Part shown: piece after piece, positions 11,581-23,520 of the stretch
Layout: each line of letters begins with the position of its first letter
Numbering within the stretch: the first letter of the stretch is position 1
Assembly (NCBI GenBank): GCA_028534125.1
Contig: CM052816.1
Span: forward strand, 47,432,001-47,496,000
DNA length: 64,000 bases
Direction of reading: 5' to 3'
DNA from: Lama glama
Taxonomy: Eukaryota
Translations under genes and position numbers: made by a program
Notes under the pieces: generated by a model
Told to the model about the DNA's origin: nothing
Database searches by the model: none
The model's input: the letters and a program-made list of their open reading frames with translations, nothing else

Positions 11581-12660
11581 ATTTTCATTTCAGTAAAAAG
11601 AAACTGGCTATCAAGTTGGAGACAAATTCTCAGATATCAAAGAATATGCTTTAAATGTGTATGTATGTGTTAAATCTTCATCAGGGTGAAAGACTATGTT
11701 AAACTATTAATTTAACTTTCACTGAAAAGATCTGAAATGGAGAAATTAAATTCTGCAGAAACATGGTAAGATGACACCAGATCTTTGAAAGAGCTGTAGG
11801 TAACATATCCACAACTAAAAGGGAGAGAGACAAAGGAATGGGGTCAGACAGCTCAGGGAGGTGCTGAAGGTCACGGAGCCCCATTGTTGGTTCACTGCAG
11901 ATTTGTAGCTTTTCAATCTGTCAGAGTCTGGCAGTCCAGCTATGCTGTACCGGCCAAGGGCCGTCTTTTGTTTAAGGAAGGAGTCATTCTTTGAAGACTG
12001 AGCTTGGTAAAACAGGAGAACAGAAAAACCAGAAGAGACTGTGTGAAACAGAAATCTTTTTCCTTCCAGACATCGAGGGTGGGTTCGAGGGAGTTTTGCA
12101 GAGTGTGTGTACCTTCTGACTCTGAAAGAAACAGTTGATTTCCATTGGTTGATTGTATGCCAATTTAGACGGTCTCTCTTTTTAGCATTAAAAATTCTTG
12201 TTTTTATAGTCTCACAAAATGGTGTAAATAAAATTGTGGAAATACTCTTAGACAGTTTGGAATCTTTTGAACTCGTGACTCATCCACAGCATCACCAGCC
12301 TGGGCTCCGCCTCAAGATGGTGACACGGTGTGTCAGTTCAGTCAAACCTATTTTCTGTGTGTCTGTTGCCCTCTAGGGACTCCAGCATGAAAAGAAACAT
12401 GCAGTGTGGCCATTTGGCAGGAAACAGTATGCCACTGGCTTTCCCGCACCACCATCACTCATTCAAATCTAATCTCAATTCTTATTCTTGTAAACTTGTA
12501 TTTAGCATTTCTGTGATCTGAGTAAAGTTAATTAAAAACATCAACTTGAATTATTCTTCCAAACTCAAGGTCTATGGCAAGTATTACACCTTGGTAATTC
12601 TGATTATTTTCAATCTGGTTCTGTGAGTTTGACAGAAATAGAAAAATGGAACTTAAAAAT

Positions 12661-12797
12661 TTTTTTATTGAAGTATAGTCAGTTCAGAATGTTTTGTCAA
12701 TTTCTGGTGTATAGCATAGTGATTCAGTTATATAAATATTCTTTTCATATTAAATTTTTTTTATTGACGTATAGCCAGTTCACAATGTTGTGTTAAC
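12661..12797 (-). mobile_element. Two tandem short L1 3'-end fragments, each with its own polyA (polyT on +)
   Basis: ttttttattgaagtatagtcagttcagaatg (12661) and ttttttattgacgtatagccagttcacaatg (~12757); same family as 6499-6646. Confidence 0.85.
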
Positions 12798-12864
12798 TTT
12801 TTTTTTTAAATGGAGTTACTGAGGACTGAACCCAGGGCCTCGTGCATGCTAAGTACGTGCTCTA
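12798..12864 (-). mobile_element. 5'-truncated Vic-1-like tRNA-derived SINE (Camelidae)
   Basis: Reverse complement tagagcacgtacttagcatgcacgaggccctgggttcagtcctcagtaactccattt(A)n, with a B-box-like ggttcagtcc. Confidence 0.8.
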
Positions 12865-13189
12865 AAAGATGGGAGAAATTTTAAGTCACTTGATCTACTT
12901 TGAAATTTTAGAATCCTAATTTTTGTAGTAGGCAGCAACCTACATCTGATAGTCTTGTATAAAGGTACTATAGTAATGCAGATTATTTCCTGAGAAATAA
13001 TTATGGGGTAGAAAAAGAACTGACTGTAGTAGTAGTAACATCGAAAAGATTTTTGCATTTAAAAATCATATTTTATTAGAGTTCAGATAAACTTGTATGA
13101 GTAAACTATTTAGTTGAAAGTCACACTCATGTTAAACCTATAGTTTCTTCACAGAAAGGGGAACAGCCCACACTAACTGGACATGTTTT

Positions 13190-13720
13190 AGACCATGCTA
13201 GCATGTCTTCCTTGGGCACAGCTGACTACATGTGTGCCTGTCCTGAGGCAAGAATCAACAGGCCAGGCAGCTGCCCATGAGGTAGCCTTGGGTGAAAATG
13301 CATTCTGCACATGGGAAATGCCTGGACCAATCTGATGTTCCCTCTGAGACATATTTGAGAAATACAGAGAGTACCAGACAGTTGGCAGCTGATCATAAGG
13401 ATAATGACGCCCAAGTGCATGAACTAGAGTCATAGTGAAGGAGAAGCTGTGAGGGAAAGATGCTGAGTAAATCCAGATGGTAAGAAGGGGAGAAGAGAAC
13501 ACAGAAAGAACCAAAGACCGAAAGAGAACTATGTTACATTGATGGTCAGCCCTGGGGTAAAATTCCATAGAATCTGGCTGCCATGATCCCTTTAACTGAT
13601 ACAAATCCAGAATGACCTTCTAGTCCAGCCTCCTTGAGAGCAGGTTTTATCTCAGTTCCTTGCTAGTTCCATTCTATTCATTACTTGGGGTAACTTAATT
13701 GCACCTAAAAGAGCCAGACT
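13190..13720 (+). mobile_element. Degenerate ERVL/MaLR-type LTR (LTR33/MLT1-like)
   Basis: LTR-end-like phrases taactgataca (13592) and ttgcacctaaaagagccagact (13699). Confidence 0.35.
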
Positions 13721-14515
13721 CCATGCCATTTAATAAAATCCCTACAGTGAATGTATCTAAAAATCCTCTTCTAATTAATCAAACAAAGGAAGATTTTCTC
13801 TAGTACATTGCTCACGTAAAAATTGTTTGTCTGGTTGTTTAGACAGTGTTTGTGAGCCTAGGTAAAGGAGGGGGGTCTGTTCCAAAAGTGGATGTTACCC
13901 TTTGCTACCGCCTATTACACCTTCACTACCACTCTTCGCTCTCTCTTCAATGCAGGTTAGTTAATTTCTTGGAGCCTGTTTACTCAATGGTATTAAGGAG
14001 ACTTAGTTGTAGAGAGGTTAAGAAAAAGTCATGTGTGAAATCATCCTTTTTAAATAAAAGAAATTTCCCAAATAGAATTATTTCTTTGTCTCTGAGTCAC
14101 CACCTGGATTACCACTACCTAGCATGGCAGCCCTAAGCTCTTCAACTCTTGGCAATGTAGTTGTTTTACCTTTAATAATTCTTTGCTTTCTTGATATGTT
14201 TCTGAGAAAGGTTCCTTAATTCTTCCATTGTTATTATAAATTTGTGGTTTCTCCTCATTCTTGTACTGAGTTCTGCTGTTTATGTTTTAATGTTATGTTG
14301 CTAAGCACATGGAAATTCAGATTTGTTAAATCTTACGGGTGAAAATGTTTATCATTATATGATAACCCTCTACATTCTTAATCCTGCTTTTTTCTTAAGG
14401 TCTATTTTGTCTGTGTATTTTGTGACACTAGCTTTCTTAGATGAGTATTTTCCTGGAGTACACTCTATTCCAACCCTCTTTCTGTCCTTTACCTTCAAAC
14501 TTTCTGTGCTATCAT

Positions 14516-14759
14516 GGAAGATATTATAGCATTGTGGTTAGAACATGGCCTCCAGAACCAGACTGACTCTAATTTATAGCTGTGTACCTTGGGCTAGTTA
14601 CTGAACTTCTCTATGCTTCAATTTCTCCATCTGCAAAATGGGAGTAATAATTGTACTTACTTCAAAGGTTTATTGTATTAAATACATCAGTATGCGAAAA
14701 CCACTTAGAACTTCTCCTGTCACATAGTAAATACTCAATGAGTGATAGTTATTTTATTT
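14516..14759 (+). mobile_element. MIR SINE
   Basis: agctgtgtaccttgggctagttactgaacttctctatgcttcaatttctccatctgcaaaatgggagtaataat (MIR core). Confidence 0.9.
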
Positions 14760-14773
14760 TCACTCTAATGATA

Positions 14774-14947
14774 ATAGTGGTTAAACATGGATTCTGGAGC
14801 CAGACTACCTGAATTTGAGTCCCTTTCTACGGCTTGTTGATAATAATACCTACCTCAGGGGTTGTTGCCATGATAAATGAAGTATTTATTAAATGTAGAG
14901 CGCTTAGGAGATTGCACAGTATGCACAAAGAGTTGCCTATTATTACT
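14774..14947 (+). mobile_element. MIR SINE with internal core deletion
   Basis: gtggttaaacatggattctggagccagactacctg head joined to ataataatacctacctcaggggttgttg tail. Confidence 0.8.
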
Positions 14948-17900
14948 AATCTTAGAATGGTTCTTGGTAACTGTTTATGGTTGGATTCTTTTTTCATTTG
15001 ATCTGAGAAGAACTGATTTACATTTATTCATATTGTATCTATAAATGTATTTTCTATTTACCATGCTTTTTCAAAGTTTGTTTCCCCCTTTTCTCCTGCT
15101 CTCTCTTTCTACATTCTCTTTTCTCTTCTAATAGGTTGGATGTTTGCATTCTGATTTTTTTTTAGATAGCTTTAAAATAATTTAAACACATGTTAAATTT
15201 AATAAAGTCTGTAACTAATATTTTTCCATTTTTATCAACAAGACCTTTGGATGCTTTTGATTATTCCTTATCCTATCTTGTATGTTATTATTATCCATTA
15301 TTTTCTCTAAACCTGTAAATATATATTGTATTAATTTCTCTTACAGGCAATGCTTTTTCAACCATATATTCATGTTTCCCAATATTTTGCTCATATTACT
15401 TCCTTCTGGTTTTGATTTCCCTTGTAAAAATAGCATATAGGAATTAGAATCTAGAAATGGTAAATTCTCTTGTTTTTTAAATAGGAAACATCTTTATTTT
15501 GCCCTCTTGAATGATAGTTTTGGTTAGCAGCTATTTTCCCTTGCTCTTTAAATATATTATTCTATTGTCTTCTCACATTTATTGTAATTGAGAGAAACCT
15601 ATTCTCAGTCTGGGTCACTCATTCATACCTAATCTTTTTTCTTCTAATTGCTTTTAAAAATTTCTCTTTTTCTTTGATGTTCTGTTTTATGTATTATATA
15701 TATATTTCATATATATATTTATTTTTATTTACTATATCTGGGATTAATTGTACTTCCAGATTCCAAGTATTCATGATTTACATATATTTTTGAAATTTTT
15801 AGCCATAATCTTTGAATATTATCTTTCTTTTGTTCTCTCTGTTCTTCCCTTCTAGAATTTCTGTGAGGTGTATGTTGGAATTCCTCAGTCTCTGTTCAGT
15901 TCCTCTTAATCTTTTTCATATTTTCAACCTCTTTGACTCTCTGTGCTGCATTAATTTCCTCAGCTCTATCTTCTAGTGCATATACTCTCCCTTTAGTAAT
16001 ATCTAACCAGTTATGAACTCATCTATTGAATTTTTAACTTGAGACTATTTTTCATTTCTAGAGGTACAATTTGGGTCTTTTTTTCTATTTCAACTGTTCT
16101 TTTTTCATAGTATGTTCCTTAATTATAATTTATATATTTTTAATTGAATGTTTTAAGCCCATTTTTAGTGATCTCTTTCAGATTCTTTTTTATCTCAAGG
16201 TCTTGGGGTGCTATTCTTTCTGTTTTGGCTCTGTCCACTTTCATAGTAAATCATATCCTGTATGATTTGTTGTTTTTGACTATATACTTATCTTTATCTG
16301 TGGTTCTTTTTCAGGGGAGTTTCTGTGCCCTTGATTTTGGAAGTGTCCAAATTCAGTATCTTTGTGTTAGCTTCTCCTAGGCACCTCAAATGTTTTATTG
16401 GTCGTTAGCCTTTATCCTAATTTTTTCATGGGATTTCACAATAACACATGAAGCATAATTCAGATTGCAAACCCAGGTGTGGGGAAGAGTTGCAGATACT
16501 ATTTCCTTTGGCTTTTTTTTTTTTTGCTTTAATTTTTTTAGGCCTTTGGGTAGAAATTGTACAACTTTCTCATAAAATCTCATAAAATGGAGTTGTTCCA
16601 GGATGCCAGCTTTGTGTGCAGAATGTTCAGTTTCAGTACCAAACTGCAAATGAATCCAAGACCACATGTCTTGAAACTGTCTGAGTATGGAGACCAGAGT
16701 CCTTAACAACAAGAGTTTATAAGGAATCTCTCTCTAGCCTAATATAGTGTTAACTAACATAAGTATATATCTGTCTTAAAGTTTCTTCTTCATTCCTGGT
16801 GTCTGAGAATTTCTTTTTCTTCTATAGAGCTCAGTCATGTTTTAAAATTCTTTTGAAACATTTTATCCAGCACTTGTGTATTTATAACTGGACAAGAAGG
16901 TAGTTTTCATTGCTCAGTATGCCATGTTGGAAAAGTGTGAAATGAAAGAGTTCATCAAAATTAGGGTTGATAAATCAGTTTTATGTTGAATGCTATTCCT
17001 GATACTTGGTAGTGGTCATCTGGAGCACTGGGCTACCACAATGTGAAAACAAATTTGGGAACAGTGGGAAAAAATATTGCGGTCAATTAGTGGTATTTGC
17101 ATGGAGGTTTGGGGTCATGCTTGTCTTGAATTTACTCCCAAGGATCCAGTACATTTCTATGTCTTTTACAGCATTATGATTCTATGATATCTTGATATAT
17201 AAGTGTATATATTTTAAGTATTTGATTAATTTTTAAAAATCAATGAAATAGTCTTGATTTTTGTTTTTAAGTAAGAAAGAAGTTGAGAACATTCTATGTG
17301 ATTTTACTGTATAACGTCATCTTTACAAATGTTACTTTGCTCCAATCTTTTCCTAAACACAACCTGCCAACACTAAAGACATTTCAAGGAATGGAAAGCA
17401 TAAGATATGAGCATCCATAAACAAAAGCCAAGGAATTCAAACATGTGATCTATTTTTGTTCAGAGTTATGCAATTCCCTCAAACACAGTCCACAAGTGAA
17501 GTACCAAAACTTGGACTTCATGCTTTCTTTGATTATTTTTTTATATGCCAGCCTTCTTTGCCCTACTGAAGAAGTTTTTTTCCCCCTCATAATTCGTCAG
17601 ACTCTCATGACTTCCTCTAGTACATCTTACACAAATGTGTTACGCAGACCACTGTTGCAAATGAATCAGAGGCAGCTTCCTGTCTCTCTGTTCATTTCTA
17701 AATAATTCTGCTCAGAAGTACCAGGAAGAGGGGTGTGGCACAAAGCATCCCATAAAGACTGAAATCCTGCATTTCAAAGAGAGTAATAAAACAGTTTTTT
17801 CCCCTTCCCTTGGGTTAAGATTTATTACCTGTATACCATCATCTTTCATCATATAATAAGTGCCCATTGGACATCTGGAGAAATAGTTGCTGTGACAGAC

Positions 17901-18106
17901 CTCTTCATCTGCAGAATACTTGAATGTATTTTTCTTGGCTTGATAGGAAAAGAGGAAATAGGAGAAGAAGTGGAAAGAGTTGAGAAATCTTTCTAGTGTT
18001 GTTTTCCAAGTTGGTAGGAATCAAGTGTTTCATGTTGGGAACGTGCATATCTCTACTGTTTAGTAGTGTACTAGCTAGCTTTTAGTTTCATCTGACTCAG
18101 ATAAGT

Positions 18107-18282
18107 CTAGCGTTGTGCTGGGAAGAGTTAACAACCTGTGTTTGTAGCATTTACCAATTTTTGAGGAACTTCCCCCATGGCCAATTTCAATATATCAATT
18201 TGATGTCACTGAGTGTGGGGTTTTGAAGAGACATAAAATCAGCTCCCATGAGCTGGTAAAACCTGGCTTCAGCACACTACTG
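18107..18282 (+). mobile_element. MER63-like hAT (Blackjack group) DNA transposon MITE
   Basis: Imperfect TIRs tagcgttgtgctgg / ttcagcacactactg; internal ccatggccaatttcaa...tgatgtcactgag. Confidence 0.75.
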
Positions 18283-18792
18283 AAAAGAACACACATATTT
18301 AGAAGAAAGGGATTTTGTGCATCCTACTGTATGTAGTTGTAATAAATTTGCTACACTATTCTTATTCAAAGTTGGATATTTAAAATCTTAAACTTTCTAT
18401 ACCAAACAGGTATCAATTCTCAGCAACTTTTAGTGACAGAAACAGAAACTATGATATGGATGAGATTAAATGCATGGATGTACCAAACCCTAGTGTTAGG
18501 TTTTAGTTTTCATATTAACAAATCGTTAATTTACACACCAAACAAGTAACAAAAGAAAGACAATCATTTTTTTCCACTTTTGTTTCCATCCTTACTGACG
18601 GCAATGCTTAAAAGTCATAGATAATCCACAATCTGAAAAATAGACATTTACAAAATCAATAGTAAAGCAAATCTGCAAAAAGACTTAATCTTTTTAAAAT
18701 AATTGACTTCATTGACAGAAATTAGTATACTTGATTCCATTTTTGCACAATGTAATTTCTTCCAAGATTTCAAACAATGATTGTAGGTTACT

Positions 18793-19000
18793 TTCATTCA
18801 TTCATTCATTTAACAATATTTTTTGAGGGGCTACCATGTGCTAGGTGCTTATCAAGATTCTGGGACACAGAAGTGAACAAAACAGACAAAAATCTCTACC
18901 TTCACATGGCTTACAGTTTGGGGAGGGAAAAATAAAAAAGAGAAATAAGCAAAATACATAATATAATAGGGATCATTGCTAAGGAGATAAAATAAAGTAA
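18793..19000 (-). mobile_element. L2 (L2a-like) 3' end
   Basis: (ttca)n tail followed by ctaccatgtgctaggtgc...gtgaacaaaacagacaaaaatctct. Confidence 0.88.
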
Positions 19001-22000
19001 AGGAAGGGAAATATTCTGGATTTGAGATAGAAATCTAGATGGGTAGATAGTGAAATAGCTGCAGCCATAAAGAGAAATCACCCAGGTCTTGACCTTTGCC
19101 TTGTCTCAGTCTATGAAGAACTCTACTGACCAACCCACACACCCAAAGCTAGTTCTGAAAAACAGCACATTTCTAAAGCCCTTGAATAGGCATTTCTTTA
19201 GACCGAAACTACAGAAGAAAGAAAACACATCTAATGATGCATTTAAGGGATAGAGCCTGTAAGGGGACATTCTGTAATGAGATGGGAGAGAAGTTTTCTT
19301 TGTCTTCACTGAGAAAGACCCAGGGAGGAGAAGGTCAGCAGTGACAAAAGGGAGAAGAAAGCATATATTTCCCCTGGGTTCTTTATTTTTTGCTAATTGA
19401 AAAAATAAAAAGGTTAAACATGTTGAAGATTTTTTTGTAAAGATTTTGAGATAATGAATTTAAAATCACTCTTAAAGGTTAGGACATATTGCCGGTAACT
19501 GTGAAAAGCATTTTCCATTTTCTGATTTATAAACAATTTCAGAGATTTCCAGTGTAAATATTATAGAGCATCAGGTGAACAGAGGAGGGGCATGAGGACA
19601 CATAAAATAAAGAAATGGTTGGCAACTCCTTGGCAATATTTTGGTACAATGTAATTTTTATCACCTCTTTAAACCTACTCCTTAATATTGAAAATCATTA
19701 TAGATTAAGTTATTAAATCTGTAAACTTTTACTCAATTCCAATTAAACAGTATGCCATGAGTGGGCAAAATAAAATGTACATGTCAATGACTATAAGTCC
19801 TATCTTTTGGTTTAGAATGCACGCACTTGGCTATTACTTCTGCAGTAAATGCTGAGGTGGGGAGGGGTGGAGATTTGGCGAGATTCACTATAGGGCAAAG
19901 GGGATGGATTTGATCTTGCTAATTCAGGTCCTGGGAATTCAAGTCGACTTCAGATTATGCACTTGGGCCACTTTTATTTAAATAAATGGAAAATTGGCAC
20001 ATGAATATCTCAGAAAGCGTTCAAGCTTGCCTCATATACAATCTATGGAGAAGGAGAATCCAATTCAATAACAACATTTGAAAGAGAAAATTTTACCGAG
20101 AAAATCACAAAGGGCCTTTTGCTCTCTAAAAAGAGTTCTTTTGGCAAAGTGCCTGCTTTTACATTAGACTTCTGTTATGATGGTTTTTTTTCTACAGTTT
20201 ACATTTTCTGCTTTTTTTTTTCATTTCACAAGTTTAACTTACACAGGCTTCTACAGTATTATTTATATTTTATCTTATTCTCAGTATGGCAGTTTCTAAA
20301 ATAAAATATACAAATGCTTCTTAATTTTTGCTCTTTTTTTTTTTAATGCTGTGGAATCCTGGGTACCGTGGATGTGGTAATAGACAAATGAAAAATTCCA
20401 TGAGGGGAAACAATTGAAGATACATGGAAATTTGGGAAGATGCACTGGTGATGCATGTCCTTTATGGTAAAATATATCACTGCCATTAAGTTGTATAGTC
20501 CTCTCTATATTGCTTTAAAGAAGAGAAAAACCGATAACCTCTCTGATTCTACATATTGTCTAACCAAAAAATTTTGGCCATTTCTCCATCTTACACAAAT
20601 CTCAGACATCCTCAATAAAATAAGTAAAGAAATCAATAGCTCCTTAATTGGTGGAAACTCTTGGTGTGGCTATATAAAGTTCATTACTGTTCAGGGATTT
20701 AATAGGCAAATGTCCTCTCAGCAACTCCAAATGGCTTCAGTTCCTATTGAACACAATTCTCTTTTCAAACCATTGATGTGAAATGATTCTATTGACACTA
20801 GCTATTGAAGAAAACCTTTAGTTAGAGAGAACTATGTCCAACATTTATCTCTATTGGTGGAATTTTTTCATTTTATTTATTCCTCTTTTATTTTTTATGT
20901 GAGAAGGGAAAAACAAAGTCAGATCAAACACATCTACAGAACAAAGCGACAGGGTTCACACCGACGTCCAGGGATGGGAAGATTCTGCTCTCGTTTGCTC
21001 TGAAAAGCCCCAATGCATTTTCCCATACCCAGACATACCAGCGGATGCCTCAGCCACTTTCACACAATGCCTCAGACGTGTGTTTCTCACTGAACTTGCA
21101 GTTTCCATGCTTTTCTGGACATACCTCTTAAACTTCTTTTTCTTTCTTAGCTTCTTCTCTTTCTAATTAAAAAATAGAAGGTACGTTTAGAAAGGAGCGT
21201 GAGTGCAGTCACTTCTTAGACTTGCAGATGGAGTGGCCTTTCTCATTCTTCCAGGTGAGTGTTTGATAAAGGGTCTGCAGCAAGATTGCTTGGACTGACT
21301 GATTGTTTTTATTCCAAGTTAAGTTGTGATGCCAGTTGAGTAAAGACACTCAGAAAAACCCTTCTGAGCCTTGCAGGGTTTCTCTTCCCTTTGACGTTTG
21401 AAGTCAGTGCTTACTCTGTATCTACCATCCACTGGTCCTTTAATCAGTGTCCAGCCTGCCCTATGAGAATAGCCCTGGGATGGTGCCCCAGACCAGACTA
21501 TGGGCAGCACCCCTTTGTCCCTCTCACATGGATGGGACATGATTCCACAGGATTAGCCAACAATTATATGCTCTGAACTGATCAATTCAGTCAATTTACT
21601 GTGCAAAGTAAATTGATCCTTCAGAACAAAGGGTTCTGTCAGCAGGGAGCTACCTGAGAAAGCAGCATGCCTGTGTAAACAGTTCTGTCCTTGTCCCAGT
21701 GTGGAGTGGCCCTGCGCCATATGGTGCCACTATGAACTTATTAGCTGACGGATTAACTGATCTCCGCATTTGGGATCCCCAGTTTCCAGCTGTGAGAATG
21801 ATTGATGGGCTAACTACTGCTCCAGTCTTGGAAGTTATTTCCTCCATTTAACAGAGTCAAGAAGACAGAAAATTGCCCCCTTTGTAAATGCTAATCTCAC
21901 CACTCCTTCGAACACCCAACATAGCAATTTATTCAAGGCAAAGTCTTAAAATTGGTATAGTGCACATCAAATGCATACTAATTAGCAATTTCTTTTGAAG

Positions 22001-23364
22001 GCTCCATCACTTATTAAGGGTCTCCTTTTCCATATGTTCATCATGCCCCACTTCACCCTTTAATTACAAAACAGCACTTTCAACTAATTGTGAGAAGGTA
22101 TATTGTGCCTGGAATCTGTATTAAACACTATACCTTCTGAGGCCTAATTTAGGGTCACATGGAAGGCAGACAGATAAGCAGGCAAAAAAGCTCACAACTG
22201 TCGTCTGCAATTTTAGGCATATTTGGGCGTTGTTCAGGAGGAGCATTTTATCTAAGATGGCAGCGATGACCCTCATCGGTGGGCAGGCAGTACAGCAAGC
22301 ATTGCGTAGAAAGAATGGAATGGAACTTAGGTTAATAATTGGGATCTTTTCTAGTTCGAGAGAAACACACGGAAGCCCAACAGATACGTGATAATAATTT
22401 GCAATTTAGCAATTTCTTCACCTACAAAGTGACGACACAATTTTATAAGGCTAATCATTAGTTATTAGATTAAATGCCTAGTCATTTAAGGATTTTTCCA
22501 TAATTGCACCATAGAAAGGGTGAGTTTTGCAATATCCACTGAAATGATACTTAAACTCTTCCTCTCTTGTGAAACATTGATATTTCAGATCGTTCAAGCC
22601 ACCCTGGTAACTCTAATCTTGATCCCAGTGATATGCCTGCCACTTACAGGCTGTTATTGTCAATCTCACTGCCATATAGGATGGTAAGGAACAACTCAGA
22701 TCCTTTCTCTGGTTCTTTATTTCCACCGAATTTTCTAAACAATTTAGTGGAAGTTCCTCCTCAAGGCGCTAGCACTCATAGAAAGAACTGGTGGGAGTTT
22801 TGAATTCAGGTACACTTAAGCTGCAAAATGAGAACTGAACCAAAGACGACTTTGGATTAGGGGTGGTGAAAGGGGTGGGAAAGGGGTTCACACTTTTTAA
22901 GAGAAGTTCATTTTTGGTCGGAATTGGGGACTTTTAGAGATTGTCTCTGTGGAAGCAAGTCCCACAAAACTCTAATGAGTCTGACTCCATTGACTAACAG
23001 TAGAACCCTATGAATATTCCAGAGAACCAGTCAGCCCCACCTATTTTTTTAAGTGAAACCACTTTGAGGCAGTTTTGAAAACCACCCCTAACTATGCAGC
23101 TGATGGATGGAAAAGACGGGAAGACTGTGAATTACAAAATAGATCCAGACTCTTTTTTGTCCTCTGGAAAATAATTGTAAGACATCTGGAGCAGCCTCTT
23201 CGTTGTTTGTTGTCTTCAGCCAAATATCCATCTTAAACCCAGATTGCCGCTCTTTACGATGGTTATTAACACTCTAATTCCCAAGCTCTCAAATTCAGAA
23301 TCACCTAGCTTCAGATTCTGCTACTCTGAGTTATAGCCAAAGTTCATCCAGGACTTATCCTGGT

Positions 23365-23520
23365 TTGTCCACTGTGGTCACCTGCGGCAGATTTTGACCA
23401 TTCTGCATCTCAACTTCCTCATCTGGGATTCCTGTTGGGAATCATACCTCACCTCAAAGGTGTAGGTTAAGTCTGATGTGCTGCCATGTGAGCACACTGG
23501 GGTGGCATGGAACAGAGATG
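23365..23520 (+). mobile_element. MIR fragment
   Basis: tctgcatctcaacttcctcatctg...atacctcacctcaaagg. Confidence 0.6.

Larger units (their letters stand above)
14170..16920 (-). mobile_element. Ancient L1 (L1ME-like) ORF1/ORF2-start remnant interrupted by two MIRs
   Basis: Long T-rich strand bias; antisense L1 endonuclease-region phrases (tttatcattatatgataaccctct) and ORF1 phrases (tattattctattgtcttct, tttagccataatctttgaatatt). Confidence 0.75.

Noticed and set aside
22860..22886. G-quadruplex-like four G-runs
   Set aside because: First loop is 8 nt, the motif is isolated, and such motifs are common by chance
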